DNA from: Alphaproteobacteria bacterium
GTDB lineage: Bacteria > Pseudomonadota > Alphaproteobacteria > UBA828
Direction of reading: 5' to 3'
Length of the DNA stretch: 64,000 bases
Assembly: GCA_965214705.1 (NCBI GenBank)
Contig: OZ243972.1
Span: forward strand, 3,008,001-3,072,000
Within the stretch, counting starts at the first letter, position 1. The number at the start of each line of letters is the position of its first letter. Both the position numbers and the translations under genes were made by a program. The notes beneath the pieces were generated by a model. That model saw only the letters and a program-made list of their open reading frames with translations. It did not search any database and had not been told where the DNA came from. Positions 19,761 through 30,625 of the stretch are shown in pieces.

Positions 19761-20561
19761 ATGACTGAACGCAGGAACCGGCCGCCTGCAGCGGGGGCGG
19801 CCTTGATTGCCGCGCTGGCGCTGGCGGGCTGCTCGGCGACCCATGTGGGCGACGACTGGCAATGCCCGCTGGCGCAGGGAAAGGTGTGCGCGTCCGTCTT
19901 CGCCGCCGACCCGGCGGTGCCGCAGACACTCGCGTCGGAGACGCGCGCGTCGGAGACGCGCGCGCCGGAGACACTCGTGCCGGAGACACTCGTGCCGGAG
20001 ACGCGAGATGGGACGAGGCTCGCAGGTGCAATCCCGCGCCACGGACAGGGCAGCGGTCGCATCGTTGCGGGCCTGTCGGCCGGGACTGCCGACGAACCGG
20101 CCTGCGAATCGGATTGCGATCCGTTCGCCTGGCTCGGGTCGCTGTTCTCGGGCATCGGCGATGCCGGTGACGCGGATTCGGAAACGGGCCTCTCCCGGCG
20201 AAATAACGATGTCGCGACCGATGCGACCGCCGGCCCGAGAGTAAGTCGCGCCGCGCCGGTAGCGGGCGCCGTCCGGGACTCCTCCGCCGCTACCGGCCAT
20301 TCCGCGTCCGGTGCTTTGAGAGCCGGTTCGGCCGCGATCGCGCCGCCGGTCCCGGACGATGCGCCGCCCACGGCCGAGGGCGAGGCGGCCGGCGATGCCC
20401 GCGCCGATAACGCGCCCGATCCGGCCGCATCGGATGCGTTCCGTACCGGCGAGGTGGTGGCGCGCATCTGGATCGCGCCCTTCGTGGATGCCGACGGCAT
20501 CTACCGCGAGGGGAGTTACGTGCGGGCGGTGATCGCGCCGGCCGAATGGAGGCTGCGGTGA
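19761..20561 (+). CDS. traV: TraV lipoprotein
   Basis: Lipobox LAGC, WQCP..C and RIWIAPFVDADG motifs. Confidence 0.9.
   Translation: MTERRNRPPAAGAALIAALALAGCSATHVGDDWQCPLAQGKVCASVFAADPAVPQTLASETRASETRAPETLVPETLVPETRDGTRLAGAIPRHGQGSGRIVAGLSAGTADEPACESDCDPFAWLGSLFSGIGDAGDADSETGLSRRNNDVATDATAGPRVSRAAPVAGAVRDSSAATGHSASGALRAGSAAIAPPVPDDAPPTAEGEAAGDARADNAPDPAASDAFRTGEVVARIWIAPFVDADGIYREGSYVRAVIAPAEWRLR
19923..20006 (+). repeat. 15-bp repeat array in traV
   Basis: About 5.5 units: QTLAS-ETRAS-ETRAP-ETLVP-ETLVP. Confidence 0.9.
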
Positions 20562-23248
20562 CGCCGCCGGGCGCCGGCTCCGGCATCGCGCGCCGCCTGC
20601 TCGACCTGTTCGAGGGTCCGGCCGGGCTGGAGCCCTGGTCGCCGCCCGAGACCGGCGCGGCGCTTTGCGAGCTGCTGCCCTGGCGCGCCTTCGACGAGCG
20701 GGGCGAGCTCTATGTCAACGCGGGCTCGGTCGGGTTCGTTGTCGAGATCCCGCCCTTCGCCGGGATCGACGCCGAGACGCTCGGCGCGCTCGCGGGCACG
20801 CTGGCCGACGCCGCGCCCGAGCGCTGCACGGTGCAGGTGATCCACTGGGCGAGCCCGCGCTTCGGCGCGGCGCTCGATGCCTGGGCCGGGCCGCGCGGGG
20901 ACGCGGGTCCCGTCCAGGCCGGCATGGCGCGCCGCAGGCTTCGTCTCCTCGGCGGCGCGGGCTGGCGGGCGCTGCATCCGGGCGGGCCGCCATTCACGCT
21001 GTCGGACTACCGGGCCTTCGTCTGCGCCTCGCTGGCGGGTCCTCCCGGCCCGGCTCCCGAGACCGCGCTCTCGGCCTTCCGGCGGGCGCTCGAAGGGACG
21101 CTCGCCTCGGCCGGGGCCGTGGCGCGGAGGCTCGGTCCCGATGCGCTGCTGTCGCTCGCTGCCGAGCTGATCGCGCCCGCGATCGCGCCCGATGCCGAAC
21201 CGGGCACGGCCACCCCGCTCCACCGGCCGCGCCGCCGCTGGTCTCCGAGGGATCCCATTCACCTGCAATGCGCCGCGCCCGGCCGCGCGCTCACTGTCGC
21301 GCCCACGGGCCTGGTATTCCACGGAGGGAGCGGCAGCGACACGCGTGCCGGCGACGTTGCGGTGCGGGTGCTGACGGCCGCTACCTTTCCCGAGGTGTGG
21401 CCGGGCTGGCGCGGCAACGCGCTGATCGGCGACTTCCACCGCGACTTCCTGCAGCCCGGATGTCCGGTGCTGACCTGTCTCACCGTTATGACCGGCGAGG
21501 CGGCCGACGGGGAGAAGGCGTTCCTCAAGTCCGCGCGCGCCACCCAGCAGGCCGGCACCGGGATCGCGCGATACCTGCCGGGGCTGCCCGAGAAGGCACG
21601 GGACTGGCAGTTCGTCACCGAGCGCCTCAAGGACGGCGAGCGGCTGGTGAAGGCCTGCTACTTCGCCGCGGTCTACGCGCCGCTCGATGCGCTGGACGAG
21701 GCCGAGCAGGCGGTGCGCGCGATCTATCACGGCCAGGGCTGGCGGGTGAGCGCCGAGCGCTACGTCCAGCTCCCCTCCTGGCTCTCCTGCCTGCCGATGG
21801 TCCCGGCGGGCGGGCTCAACGGCGATCTCGCGCGCATGGGCCGCGTGAAGACCCTGCTGAGCTCCTCGGCGGTCAACCTGGCTCCGCTGCACGGCGAGTG
21901 GCGGGGACAGCCCGTCAATCTCGACAACCCGCCGGCTCTGTTCCTGATCGGCCGCCGCGGCCAGCCGGCCGGCTGGTCGCCGTTTGCCAACGAGGCGGGC
22001 AACTACAACGTCGCCGTGACGGGAAAATCCGGCTCGGGCAAGTCGGTGCTGATGCAGGAGCTGGTCACCGGCATCGTCGGCGCGGGCGGCGAGGCCGTGG
22101 TGATCGACGACGGCCGGTCCTTCCAGCACACGGCGGAAGCATTGGGCGGCGCCTTCATCGCCTTCGGCAAGGATCCCGCCTGCCTCAATCCCTTCGCCAT
22201 GATCGACGCCGCCACGGCGCACCGTGACGGCGATTACAGGGAAGAGTGCTTCGCCATGCTGGCGGGCGTCATCGGACGCATGTGCCGCAGGCGAGGGTCG
22301 ATCGACGACATCGAGGCGGCGCTGATCGCCGAGGCCATTGCGGCCGCCTGGGACGAAGCCGGGAACGACGCCGATCTCGGCACCGTACGCCGGCATCTCG
22401 ACGCCCGCGGCGACCGCCGCGCCGCCGACATGGCGACCTCCCTCGGTCCGTGGTGCCCCGGCGGCGCCATGGGACGGCTGTTCGCGGGCGCGGAGACGCC
22501 GGCGCTCGATGCCGCGCTCACCGTGTTCGAGCTGGCCGAGCTCAAGGGCCGGGGCGACGTCCAGGCCGTGGTGCTGATGCTGGTGGTCTTCCTCGCCACC
22601 CAGCGCATGTATCACGGGGAGCGCACGCGGGCGAAGGCCATCGTCATCGACGAGGCCTGGGACCTGCTCTCCGGCGAGAACAGCCGGGCCTTCCTCGAAG
22701 GCGCGGCGCGCAGGGCCAGAAAATACCGCGGCTCGCTCATCACCGGCACCCAGTCGGTCAACGACTATTACGCCAACCCGGCGGCGCAGGCGGCCTGGGA
22801 GAACTCCGACTGGACGATCTTCCTCGCCCAGAAGGACGAATCCGTCGAGCTGCTGAAGCAGGAAAAGCGCATCCACTGCGATCCCGGCATGGAGCGGGCC
22901 TTGAAGAGCCTGACCACCGCCGAGGGCCGCCATGCGGAGCTGCTGCTGCACGGTCCCGACGGCTGGCGCGTGGCGCGCCTCGTGCTCGATCTCTGGTCGG
23001 TGGCGCTGTTCTCCTCGCGCGGACCCGCATTCGCGGCCGTCGAGCGGCTCAAGGCCGAGGGGCTCTCCACCGTCGAGGCCATCGACCGGCTCGCGGGGGA
23101 CGCTCCCGTCGCGGACGGCGCGAGGCCTGGGGACGGCTCCGGCCGAACCGGCGGCGAAACCGGCATCCAGGAGACAGCCGGCGGAGACGACAGCGCCGGC
23201 GCCGATGGCGACATCGAACATGCGGACAAGAAAGGAGACGGCGAATGA
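20558..23248 (+). CDS. traC: TraC VirB4-like ATPase
   Basis: Walker A GKSGSGKS, IDEAW and RRARKY motifs. Confidence 0.95.
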   Translation: MTPPGAGSGIARRLLDLFEGPAGLEPWSPPETGAALCELLPWRAFDERGELYVNAGSVGFVVEIPPFAGIDAETLGALAGTLADAAPERCTVQVIHWASPRFGAALDAWAGPRGDAGPVQAGMARRRLRLLGGAGWRALHPGGPPFTLSDYRAFVCASLAGPPGPAPETALSAFRRALEGTLASAGAVARRLGPDALLSLAAELIAPAIAPDAEPGTATPLHRPRRRWSPRDPIHLQCAAPGRALTVAPTGLVFHGGSGSDTRAGDVAVRVLTAATFPEVWPGWRGNALIGDFHRDFLQPGCPVLTCLTVMTGEAADGEKAFLKSARATQQAGTGIARYLPGLPEKARDWQFVTERLKDGERLVKACYFAAVYAPLDALDEAEQAVRAIYHGQGWRVSAERYVQLPSWLSCLPMVPAGGLNGDLARMGRVKTLLSSSAVNLAPLHGEWRGQPVNLDNPPALFLIGRRGQPAGWSPFANEAGNYNVAVTGKSGSGKSVLMQELVTGIVGAGGEAVVIDDGRSFQHTAEALGGAFIAFGKDPACLNPFAMIDAATAHRDGDYREECFAMLAGVIGRMCRRRGSIDDIEAALIAEAIAAAWDEAGNDADLGTVRRHLDARGDRRAADMATSLGPWCPGGAMGRLFAGAETPALDAALTVFELAELKGRGDVQAVVLMLVVFLATQRMYHGERTRAKAIVIDEAWDLLSGENSRAFLEGAARRARKYRGSLITGTQSVNDYYANPAAQAAWENSDWTIFLAQKDESVELLKQEKRIHCDPGMERALKSLTTAEGRHAELLLHGPDGWRVARLVLDLWSVALFSSRGPAFAAVERLKAEGLSTVEAIDRLAGDAPVADGARPGDGSGRTGGETGIQETAGGDDSAGADGDIEHADKKGDGE

Positions 23249-23973
23249 ACGCACGAGCGGAAGACGAGCGGGGAACCCTCGCCACCGCCGGGGCTGCCGG
23301 CGGGCGCCTCGCCTGGCCTGGCGATCCGGAGGGCGCGACCCCCGCCGATATCGACTTCGAGGCGCTGGCGCACGTGCTGGCCAACACCTGCCGCTTCGGC
23401 GGACGCACCCGGCAGTACCACTCGCTGGCGGCGCACGCCGTGATCGCCAGCGAGGAGATCGAGGCGCTCGACGGGCTCGGCGCCGACGAGCGGCGGAACC
23501 TCGCGCTTTGCGCGCTGATCGCGGACGCGCCATCGGCGTGGCTGCGAGGAGAGGGATCGTCCCAGCGTGCGGCGAAGCTCGCCGACGCCATCGAACGCGC
23601 GGTGCGCGAGGCGGCGGGGCTCGATCCCGTGCTTGGCGAGGACCACGCGGAGCTGCTCCGCTTCGTCTTCCGCATGACGGCGGCGGCGGAGCGCCGCGAC
23701 CTCGCGGACGCCGATGCCGGTTCGGGCGCGGCGTTCCCGCCGCTGAGGCGGCGCATCCGCGCAGTGGGACCAGGACGGGCCGCGAGGCTCTGGCTCGCCC
23801 GCTTCGAGGCGCTCTCCGAGCCGCCACGGCAGACCGGCGCGGCGACGGGAACAACGTCAACCGGAGAAATGAAGGGAGGGACCGGCGATGACGAAGGCAT
23901 GCAGGCGGACACTCGTGCCGGCGAACGGAAAACGGAGGAATCGGACCATGGCGCGGCGCGGCAGGCGGCGTGA
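23245..23973 (+). CDS. YfbR-like HD-fold protein with degenerate HD motif
   Basis: IDFEALAHVLANTCRFGG..HSLAAH; the expected LHD reads IAD. Confidence 0.65.
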   Translation: MNARAEDERGTLATAGAAGGRLAWPGDPEGATPADIDFEALAHVLANTCRFGGRTRQYHSLAAHAVIASEEIEALDGLGADERRNLALCALIADAPSAWLRGEGSSQRAAKLADAIERAVREAAGLDPVLGEDHAELLRFVFRMTAAAERRDLADADAGSGAAFPPLRRRIRAVGPGRAARLWLARFEALSEPPRQTGAATGTTSTGEMKGGTGDDEGMQADTRAGERKTEESDHGAARQAA

Positions 23974-24205
23974 GAACCGGGGCGGCATTGCCCCCGGCAT
24001 CCGGGTGGTGCGGGACGCCGAGGAGGTGTTCCGCGCGGCGATCCTGGCGGGCGTGCTGTCCGCCGAGCGCTCGAAGCGCGACTGGGCGGGCCACTACCTC
24101 TACATGTTCCACGACGAGGACGGCACCGCCTGGTTCAAGCACCGAGACACGCGTTCGTACGTCTCGATGACGGCCCGGCAGCGGGCCGCGGAGCAAGCGC
24201 GGTGA
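23948..24205 (+). CDS. Hypothetical protein
   Basis: GAGGA RBS, overlaps neighbours in the operon, YLYM..WFKH..TRSY motif. Confidence 0.65.
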   Translation: MARRGRRRENRGGIAPGIRVVRDAEEVFRAAILAGVLSAERSKRDWAGHYLYMFHDEDGTAWFKHRDTRSYVSMTARQRAAEQAR

Positions 24206-24576
24206 GCGAGGTCCGGGTGGTCCTCTCCGCCATGCTGCTCGCTGCCGGCGTTGCTGCGGCGGTCGCCGCCGGCGCGGTGCGCCTGTCCGTGGACGAAGGA
24301 CCGCGCATCGCGAGCGTCCGCCTCGCCGAGCTCGCGGCGGAGCATGCCGAGAGGGCCGCGCACAGGGGCGCTTCAGCCGACGAGATTCAGACCTCGACCC
24401 GGCTCTGGGCGGCGGCGCTGGAGCGGACGCTCGGCGACATCGTCGGGCGCCGGGACGTGGTGCTGCTGCCTTCGCGCGCAGTCGCTGCCGGCGCGCCGGA
24501 CGTGACCGATGTCGTGCGCTCCATGATCGAGGACAGGATGAAACAGGCCACGTCCGGCCGGGAGGACCGGCCGTGA
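24202..24576 (+). CDS. trbI: TrbI (F-type)
   Basis: N-terminal TM segment and AVAAGAPDVTD C-terminal motif. Confidence 0.8.
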   Translation: MSEVRVVLSAMLLAAGVAAAVAAGAVRLSVDEGPRIASVRLAELAAEHAERAAHRGASADEIQTSTRLWAAALERTLGDIVGRRDVVLLPSRAVAAGAPDVTDVVRSMIEDRMKQATSGREDRP

Positions 24577-25142
24577 CGGGTCGGGCGATCCTGGCCGCCC
24601 GCGGGCGCGGCGGGAAGCGCGCCTGGATCGGGCTCGCGCTCATGACAGTGCTCGCCTCGCTGTGGCTGGCGGCGGCCTCGCGCGTGCACGTCAATGCGAG
24701 CTGGTCGGACGATGCCTGGGGCTATCTCGTGCTGCCCATCGGCGAGCCCGCCGTCGGCGACGCGGTGCTGTTCGAGCCGCCGCCGGCGCTCGGCGCGCGG
24801 ACTCCGTGGCTCAAGACCGTGCGCGGCCTGCCGGGCGCGGCCGTGACCGTGGACGCGGACCGGACGGTGCGCCTCGACGGTGCGCCTGTCGCGCGCGCGA
24901 AGAGCCACGCCCTCGACGGACGGCCGCTTGAAGCGATCCGGCCGGGCGCCGTTCCCGAGGGGCACTATTACGTCCACGCCGATCATCGCGACAGCCACGA
25001 CAGCCGCTATGCGGAGGTCGGGCCGGTCCCCCGCGACCGCATTCTCGGGCGGGCGCTGGCGCTCCCCGACCTCCCCTGGCTCGGCCTCGCGGGGCCGCTG
25101 GTGGGGCCGGACGATATCGGGCCGGCGGAGACGCGGCGATGA
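24573..25142 (+). CDS. S26 conjugative signal peptidase (TrhF-like)
   Basis: VNASWS, LKTVRGLPG and SHDSRY motifs. Confidence 0.85.
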   Translation: MTGRAILAARGRGGKRAWIGLALMTVLASLWLAAASRVHVNASWSDDAWGYLVLPIGEPAVGDAVLFEPPPALGARTPWLKTVRGLPGAAVTVDADRTVRLDGAPVARAKSHALDGRPLEAIRPGAVPEGHYYVHADHRDSHDSRYAEVGPVPRDRILGRALALPDLPWLGLAGPLVGPDDIGPAETRR

Positions 25143-25828
25143 CGCGCTTTCCGCCATTGTCCTTTCGGCCCCTCGCGGTCCTTTGCCTCCTGGCAATGCT
25201 TGCCGCGGGGCCTTCCGCGTCGGTCTCCGCGAAGGACTTGGGTGTGCGTGGCGCGACCTGGCCTGTCGCCGAGCCCGATCTTCTCAAGCAGATCGAGGTG
25301 CGGCTGGCGGAGATGGAACGCTCCGGCGAGCTCGCCCGCTTCGAGGCGGAGGCGCGCGAGCGGGCGAGCGGCATGCTGGAGGAGCCGAATCCGGTGCCCG
25401 GCATCGCGCCGGCCGGACAGGCGCGCTCGTGGACCTTCGACCCCTCGATAACGGTGGCCCGGGACATCCGCGCCGTCGACGGCACGCTAATCGCCGCCGC
25501 CGAGACACGCATCGACCCGTTCGCGTACGTGCCGCTCAGCCGCGACCTCCTGTTCGTCGACGGCAGGCGCGACGCCGAGATCGCCTGGGCGCTGGCGCAC
25601 GGACGGCCCTCGAAGATCGTCCTGCTGGCGGGGCGGCCGCTCGATCTCGCGCGGCGCCATGGGCGGCCCTTCCACTTCGACCAGGGCGGACGGCTCGCCG
25701 CGCGGCTCGGACTCCGCTTCACGCCGTCGCTGGTCACGCGCACGGGCGCGCATCTGCGCATCACGGAGATCGCGCTCGACGACGCCGTCGTGGACGGGAG
25801 GGACACTCGTGTCGGGGGCAGGCAATGA
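25139..25828 (+). CDS. traW: TraW
   Basis: DLGVRGATWPVAEPD, FDPS and FDQGG motifs. Confidence 0.92.
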   Translation: MTRFPPLSFRPLAVLCLLAMLAAGPSASVSAKDLGVRGATWPVAEPDLLKQIEVRLAEMERSGELARFEAEARERASGMLEEPNPVPGIAPAGQARSWTFDPSITVARDIRAVDGTLIAAAETRIDPFAYVPLSRDLLFVDGRRDAEIAWALAHGRPSKIVLLAGRPLDLARRHGRPFHFDQGGRLAARLGLRFTPSLVTRTGAHLRITEIALDDAVVDGRDTRVGGRQ

Positions 25829-26652
25829 GAACCGTCCGTCTTCTCCTGCTTGTTTCCGCGCTGTTCGCCCTCCTGCCGGCCGGGCCTGCCTCGGCGCAGG
25901 CCTGCACGGGGCGCTTCGTCAATCCGATCGCGGACGTCTGCTGGGAATGCCTGTTCCCGATCTCGATCGGGCCGATCCGCATCGGGAGCGTATCGGGCGC
26001 GCCCGATACCCCGAACCCGTCCTCGCCGATCTGCCTCTGCGGCTCGCCCATCCCCCGGATCGGGCTCTCGCTCGGGGTGTGGGAGCCGGCAAGGCTGGTG
26101 GACGTCACGAGGACGCCGTGGTGCTTCCCCAATCTCGGCGGGCTCACCATCGACCCGGGGCTGCCCGCCGCGCGCGGGCGCACCGGGTCCTCGGGCGGCG
26201 ACGGCGCCGCGGGCTCGGTCTGGCACGTACATTACTATGTGTACCCGCTGCTGTCGTGGATCGGGGCGCTGCTCGATCTCGGCTGCCTCGAAGGCGGCTC
26301 GCTCGACATCGCCTGGACCTCGGAGCTCGACCCGGCCTGGCTCGACGACGAGCTGTCGTTCCTGCTGAACCCGGAGGCGGCGCTGTTCGCCAACCTGCCG
26401 GCGCAGGCGGCCTGCGCCGCCGACTGCGCGGCGGCCTCGGCCGGACTGCCGCTCGATCCGATGTTCTGGTGCGCCGGCTGCCAGGGCGGGATGTATCCAT
26501 TGACCGGCAACGTGGCGGCCCATGTCGGCGGCGTCCAGGCCTCCCTGCTGGCGGCCCAGCGGCTGGTCTACCGCCTGCATCGGGCCGGGCTCGCCTGGGG
26601 CACGTCGGGATCGGCCGCGCTCTGCGGGCGCTACCCGATGCCGATCATGAAG
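25825..26652 (+). pseudogene. traU: TraU, 3'-truncated
   Basis: FVNPIADVCWECLFPI, WEPARL and WCAGCQG motifs; breaks at PMPIMK into transposase sequence. Confidence 0.9.
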
Positions 26653-28369
26653 ATGTGCGGGCCGCAGCCGAGGACATCGTCGCCAAGCTCAGGGCCAGGG
26701 GGTTCCGCGTCGAGGCGATGCAGGAAGAGGCGCGCAAGCCCGACATCGCCACCGTCGACCTCGATACCCTGGAGCACGAGAACCCGCGCACCGTCGGCTG
26801 CGAGCGCCTGTGCCTCAAGGCCCTCGACGCCCTCGGCTTCGCCGAAATCCTCCACGGCCTCGACATCAAGGGCCGCGACGGGCGCATCGCCAGCGCGCTG
26901 ATCGTCGCCAGGATGGTCCATCCCGCCAGCGAGCGTGATACCAGCCGCTGGCTCCGCCACGACAGCGCGGCCGCCGAGCTCCTGGGCCTGGAGGGCGACC
27001 GCAAGGCGCTGCGGCGCAAGACGCTCTACCGCATCGGCGACCTGCTCTGGCGCCACCGCGCCGCCATCCAGCGGGAGCTGTTCAACCGTGAGCGCGCACT
27101 GCTCGACCTGCCCGAGACGATCGCCTTCTACGATCTCACCAACGTCCACTACCACGGCCACACGGGCGGCGAGCTTCCCAGGTTCGGGCGCTCCAAGCAG
27201 AAGCGCGACGACTGTCCCCTCATCACGCTGGCGCTGGCGCTCGACGGCGCGGGCTTCCCGCGCAGTTGCGAGATCCTGCCGGGCAACGTGAGCGAGCCGG
27301 GCACGCTGCACGAGGCGCTGGCGCGGCTCGAGGCGGTGTGCGGCGGCACGGCGCCGAAGCCCACGGTGGTCATGGACGCGGGCATCGCCACCGAGAAAAA
27401 CATCGCGTGGCTGGGCGAGCAGGGCTACGACTGGATCGCGGTCAGCCGCGGTGCCAGGCCTGCGCCGCCCGAGGGCGGACCCGAGGCCCTGCTGATCACC
27501 AGCGCGCGCCACGAGGTGCGGGCCTGGCGGCTTGCCAGCGAGGACGGCGAGGCGCGGCTCTACGTCGTCAGCGAGGGCAAGAAGAAGGCCGAGAACGCGA
27601 TCATCGGCCTGAGGCGGAACCGCTTCGAGGCGGCGCTGGAAAGGCTCCACGGCGGCCTCCCGGTCAAGGGCCGCCTCAAGCGCTACGACAAGGTGCTGGA
27701 GAGCATAGGCCGCCTCAAGCAGCGCTTCTCCGCCGTCGCCAGGCACTACGAGATCACGGTCGAGAGGGCGAAAACCGGCCCCAATGCCACCGCCGTGCGC
27801 TTCAAGCGCAGGCCGCGATACGACGAGGCCGATGAGGGCGCCGGTGCCTATGTGCTGCGCACCAGCCACGTCGACTGGGACATCGAGACGGTCCTGCGGA
27901 CGTACTGGCGGATCACGGATATCGAGGCGACATTCCGGAGCCTGAAATCCGAGCTCGGCCTTCGCCCGATCTGGCACCAGCTCGACCGGCGCATCGCGGC
28001 CCACCTGCTGATCGCCGTGCTGGCCTACCACGCCGTGCATCTGATCCGTACCCGGCTGGCCGCGCGCGGCATCCACAAGTGCTGGGCGTCGATCCGCGAG
28101 AGCATGCGGACCTGGGTGCGGATCACCACGCGCCTGCGCCAGACCGACGGCACCTTGATCGTCAACCGCCAGGACACGCGCCCGGCCGCCGAGGTTGCCG
28201 CAATCTCCTCGGCGGCGGGCGTGGACCCCGCCATCCACCGCACGAGGACCCGTCTGATGAGCTGACAGAATCTCACAAAATGTGGGGCCATGTTGGAATC
28301 GACCGAGAAAAATATCGCGTTGAATCAAACCAATAGGGAACACAGGCAGCGGAAAAGTGCCAACTTGGG
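26653..28369 (+). mobile_element. IS1634-family element, left end and transposase N-terminus missing
   Basis: YDLTN, GRSKQKR.D, VVMDAG and IEATFRSLKSELGLRPIWH motifs (stop at 28265); right end ...AAGTGCCAACTTGGG. Confidence 0.85.
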
Positions 28370-28623
28370 TCGAAGCGGGCGTCGCCATCGACCCGCGTCT
28401 GTTCCGCCTGTTCGGCGTCGAGCGCGTCCCGGTGGTGGTCGCGGTTCCGGGAGGCGTGCCGCCCTGCACGAGCCGGGGCTGCGCGAACGATCCCGCTCCG
28501 CCGCACGATCTCGTCACCGGAAACATCGGCCTCGCCGCTGCGCTGGAGATCATCTCCGCCGAGGGCGACGCCGGGCGCGGCGCCGCGCGGCAAATGCTCG
28601 AACGCCTCGACGGAGAGCGATGA
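28370..28623 (+). pseudogene. trbC: TrbC (F-type) C-terminal fragment
   Basis: IDPRLFRLFGVERVP and GNIGLAAALE; no N-terminus. Confidence 0.85.
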
Positions 28624-29789
28624 CGGACATGATGAAGCCGACGCACTCCCGGTCGACCCGAGCTGACCTTGCCGTGGAGCGCATGACCCGGTTCGCCTGC
28701 CTGCTGGCGTGGACCGCCAGGCTTGCGCTCCCCGCCACGAGTGTCTGGTGCGCCCTGATCTGGCTGCTGTTCGCAGGCGCCTCGTGGGCGGGCGATCCCA
28801 AGGCGGAAGCCCGGGCAATGGGCCAGGCCGGCACGGCGGCGGCCTCGGCCATCGCGCGGGATCCATCGAGCGCCGCGGCGGTGCCGGGTCATGCGGGCAC
28901 GAACGTGCCCGAGCGCAACGTCGGCGCGAACGAGATGGAGGACGCGGCGCGGGCGCGCCTCGCCGACCCGAACGATCCCGGCGGCGCGGCCGGCCGTGCG
29001 GTGATCGAGGGCGTGACGGTCCGGCCCGATATCCCCGTCGCCGCGAACGATCCCATTGCGGTGCGCGCGGAGGCCGTCGCGGATACTCCACAGGCTCCCG
29101 GCCATGGCGCCTCCGGGCTTGCCTCCGGCAGCGTCGCCGACTGCACGGCGCGGGTGGCCGATGCGGAACGCGGTGGGTCCTGCGGGCGGGTGTCGTATTG
29201 CGTGGGCGCCGGCTGCGAGAGCGTCGCGCCGGAGGCCAACACCGGGTTCGTGGACGCCGCCGCGCGACTCAACATGGCGTTGGAGATGGGCACGGACGAG
29301 TTCGACCGCGGCAATCTCCGCTTCTTCTCCGGCGAGCGCCGCGCCTGCCACATCAAGCTGTTCGGGCTGGCCGACTGCTGCAGCAACTCCGGCCTGCTGG
29401 TCGGACTCGCCAACTGCTCGGCCTCCGAGCGCGAGCTCGCCGAGGAGCGCCACGCCGGCAACACCCACTATCTCGGCAAGTATTGCTCGAAGCGCACCCT
29501 CTTCGGCGTCTGTATCCGCCGCTCGCGCGCCTGGTGCGTGTTCGGCTCGAAGCTCGGGCGCATCCTGCACCAGCAGGCGCGGCCGCAGCTGGGCCTCGGC
29601 TGGTCGAGCTGCCGGGGCTTCTCGGTGGCCGAGATCGAGCGCATCGACTTCGACCGGCTCGACCTCACCGAGTTCACCGAGAACCTGATCGACGGATCGA
29701 TGGAGCCGTCGATCTCTCTCCCGGACAAGGGCGGCACGCAGACCTTCATGCGGGACCGGGTGCGCGACTTCTACGAGAGGGGGCAATGA
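28620..29789 (+). CDS. traN: TraN mating-pair stabilisation protein (short form)
   Basis: Cys-rich; FFSGE..C, YLGKYCS, WCVFGSKLGRI and CRGF motifs. Confidence 0.9.
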   Translation: MTDMMKPTHSRSTRADLAVERMTRFACLLAWTARLALPATSVWCALIWLLFAGASWAGDPKAEARAMGQAGTAAASAIARDPSSAAAVPGHAGTNVPERNVGANEMEDAARARLADPNDPGGAAGRAVIEGVTVRPDIPVAANDPIAVRAEAVADTPQAPGHGASGLASGSVADCTARVADAERGGSCGRVSYCVGAGCESVAPEANTGFVDAAARLNMALEMGTDEFDRGNLRFFSGERRACHIKLFGLADCCSNSGLLVGLANCSASERELAEERHAGNTHYLGKYCSKRTLFGVCIRRSRAWCVFGSKLGRILHQQARPQLGLGWSSCRGFSVAEIERIDFDRLDLTEFTENLIDGSMEPSISLPDKGGTQTFMRDRVRDFYERGQ

Positions 29790-30625
29790 TGGCGTTCGCT
29801 CCCGGACGGGCCGTCATGCGCGCCCTCCCACGGATCCTCGCGGCGCTCGGCGTCTGGGCCGCGCTCGGAGCCTCCGCGGCGGGCGGGGAGTGGCGCCCCT
29901 GGTGCGGCGGTGCGCCGGGCGAGGGTCCGTCGCTCGGCTGGCACTTCTACTGCGACCGCGAGGAGGAGCGCGACGAGGAACAGGCGCCCGTTCTGTCCGC
30001 ACCGCCCTCTGCGTCCAAGACCGCCACGGCGCGGATCGCGACGATGCGCGTACGCCTGGAGGAGGCGCGCGCGGAGGCGATTCTCGACCCCACGCCGGAG
30101 AAGGTCGCGGCCTATCTCGCGCTCCAGCGCGATGCCTTGCAGCGCGCCGCCGTGTTCTCGGACGCCTTCCGCCGCACGGTGTGGGCGACGCCCGCGCTCG
30201 ACTACACGCTGACGCGTCCCGTGGGCGCGCTTGCCAAGCGGTTCTGGTCGGACGAGCGCCGGGGTGAGATCGCCGACGCGCTGGCGACGCTCGGGGAGCG
30301 CTACGGGCTGATCTATCTCGGCCATCCCGACTGCGGCGGCTGCCGGGTGTTCGGGCCACTGCTGCGCGCCTTCAGCCTCCGCCACGGCCTCGACGTGCTG
30401 GCCGTGTCGATGACCGGCGGCCCGCTCGAGGGCTGGCCCGAAGCGGTGCCCGACAACGGGCGGGCCGCCCGGCTCGGGCTCTCGGGCTCGCCGCTCCCCG
30501 CCGTCGCGCTGTTCGACACCAGGACGAAGCGGGCGCTGCCGGTCGGCTACGGCGTGCTCGCGGAAGACCAGCTGGCGGAGCGCATCTTCGTGCTGACGCG
30601 ACTGGAGACCGGCGATGACTATTGA
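29786..30625 (+). CDS. traF: TraF thioredoxin-like protein
   Basis: GWHFYCD, AILDPT and CGGC motifs. Confidence 0.88.
   Translation: MMAFAPGRAVMRALPRILAALGVWAALGASAAGGEWRPWCGGAPGEGPSLGWHFYCDREEERDEEQAPVLSAPPSASKTATARIATMRVRLEEARAEAILDPTPEKVAAYLALQRDALQRAAVFSDAFRRTVWATPALDYTLTRPVGALAKRFWSDERRGEIADALATLGERYGLIYLGHPDCGGCRVFGPLLRAFSLRHGLDVLAVSMTGGPLEGWPEAVPDNGRAARLGLSGSPLPAVALFDTRTKRALPVGYGVLAEDQLAERIFVLTRLETGDDY

Larger units (their letters stand above)
16299..19768 (+). pseudogene. traB: TraB interrupted by ISAs1-family element
   Basis: N-terminus ...ELATPGTA rejoins EESWTRR... at 18701; LPAGS, GDLSSEK and AEQYQPVI VirB10-like motifs. Confidence 0.9.

Noticed and set aside
15424-20006. 15-bp repeats as a CRISPR array
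   Set aside because: Units are too short, directly tandem with no unique spacers, lie inside ORFs, and no cas genes are present.
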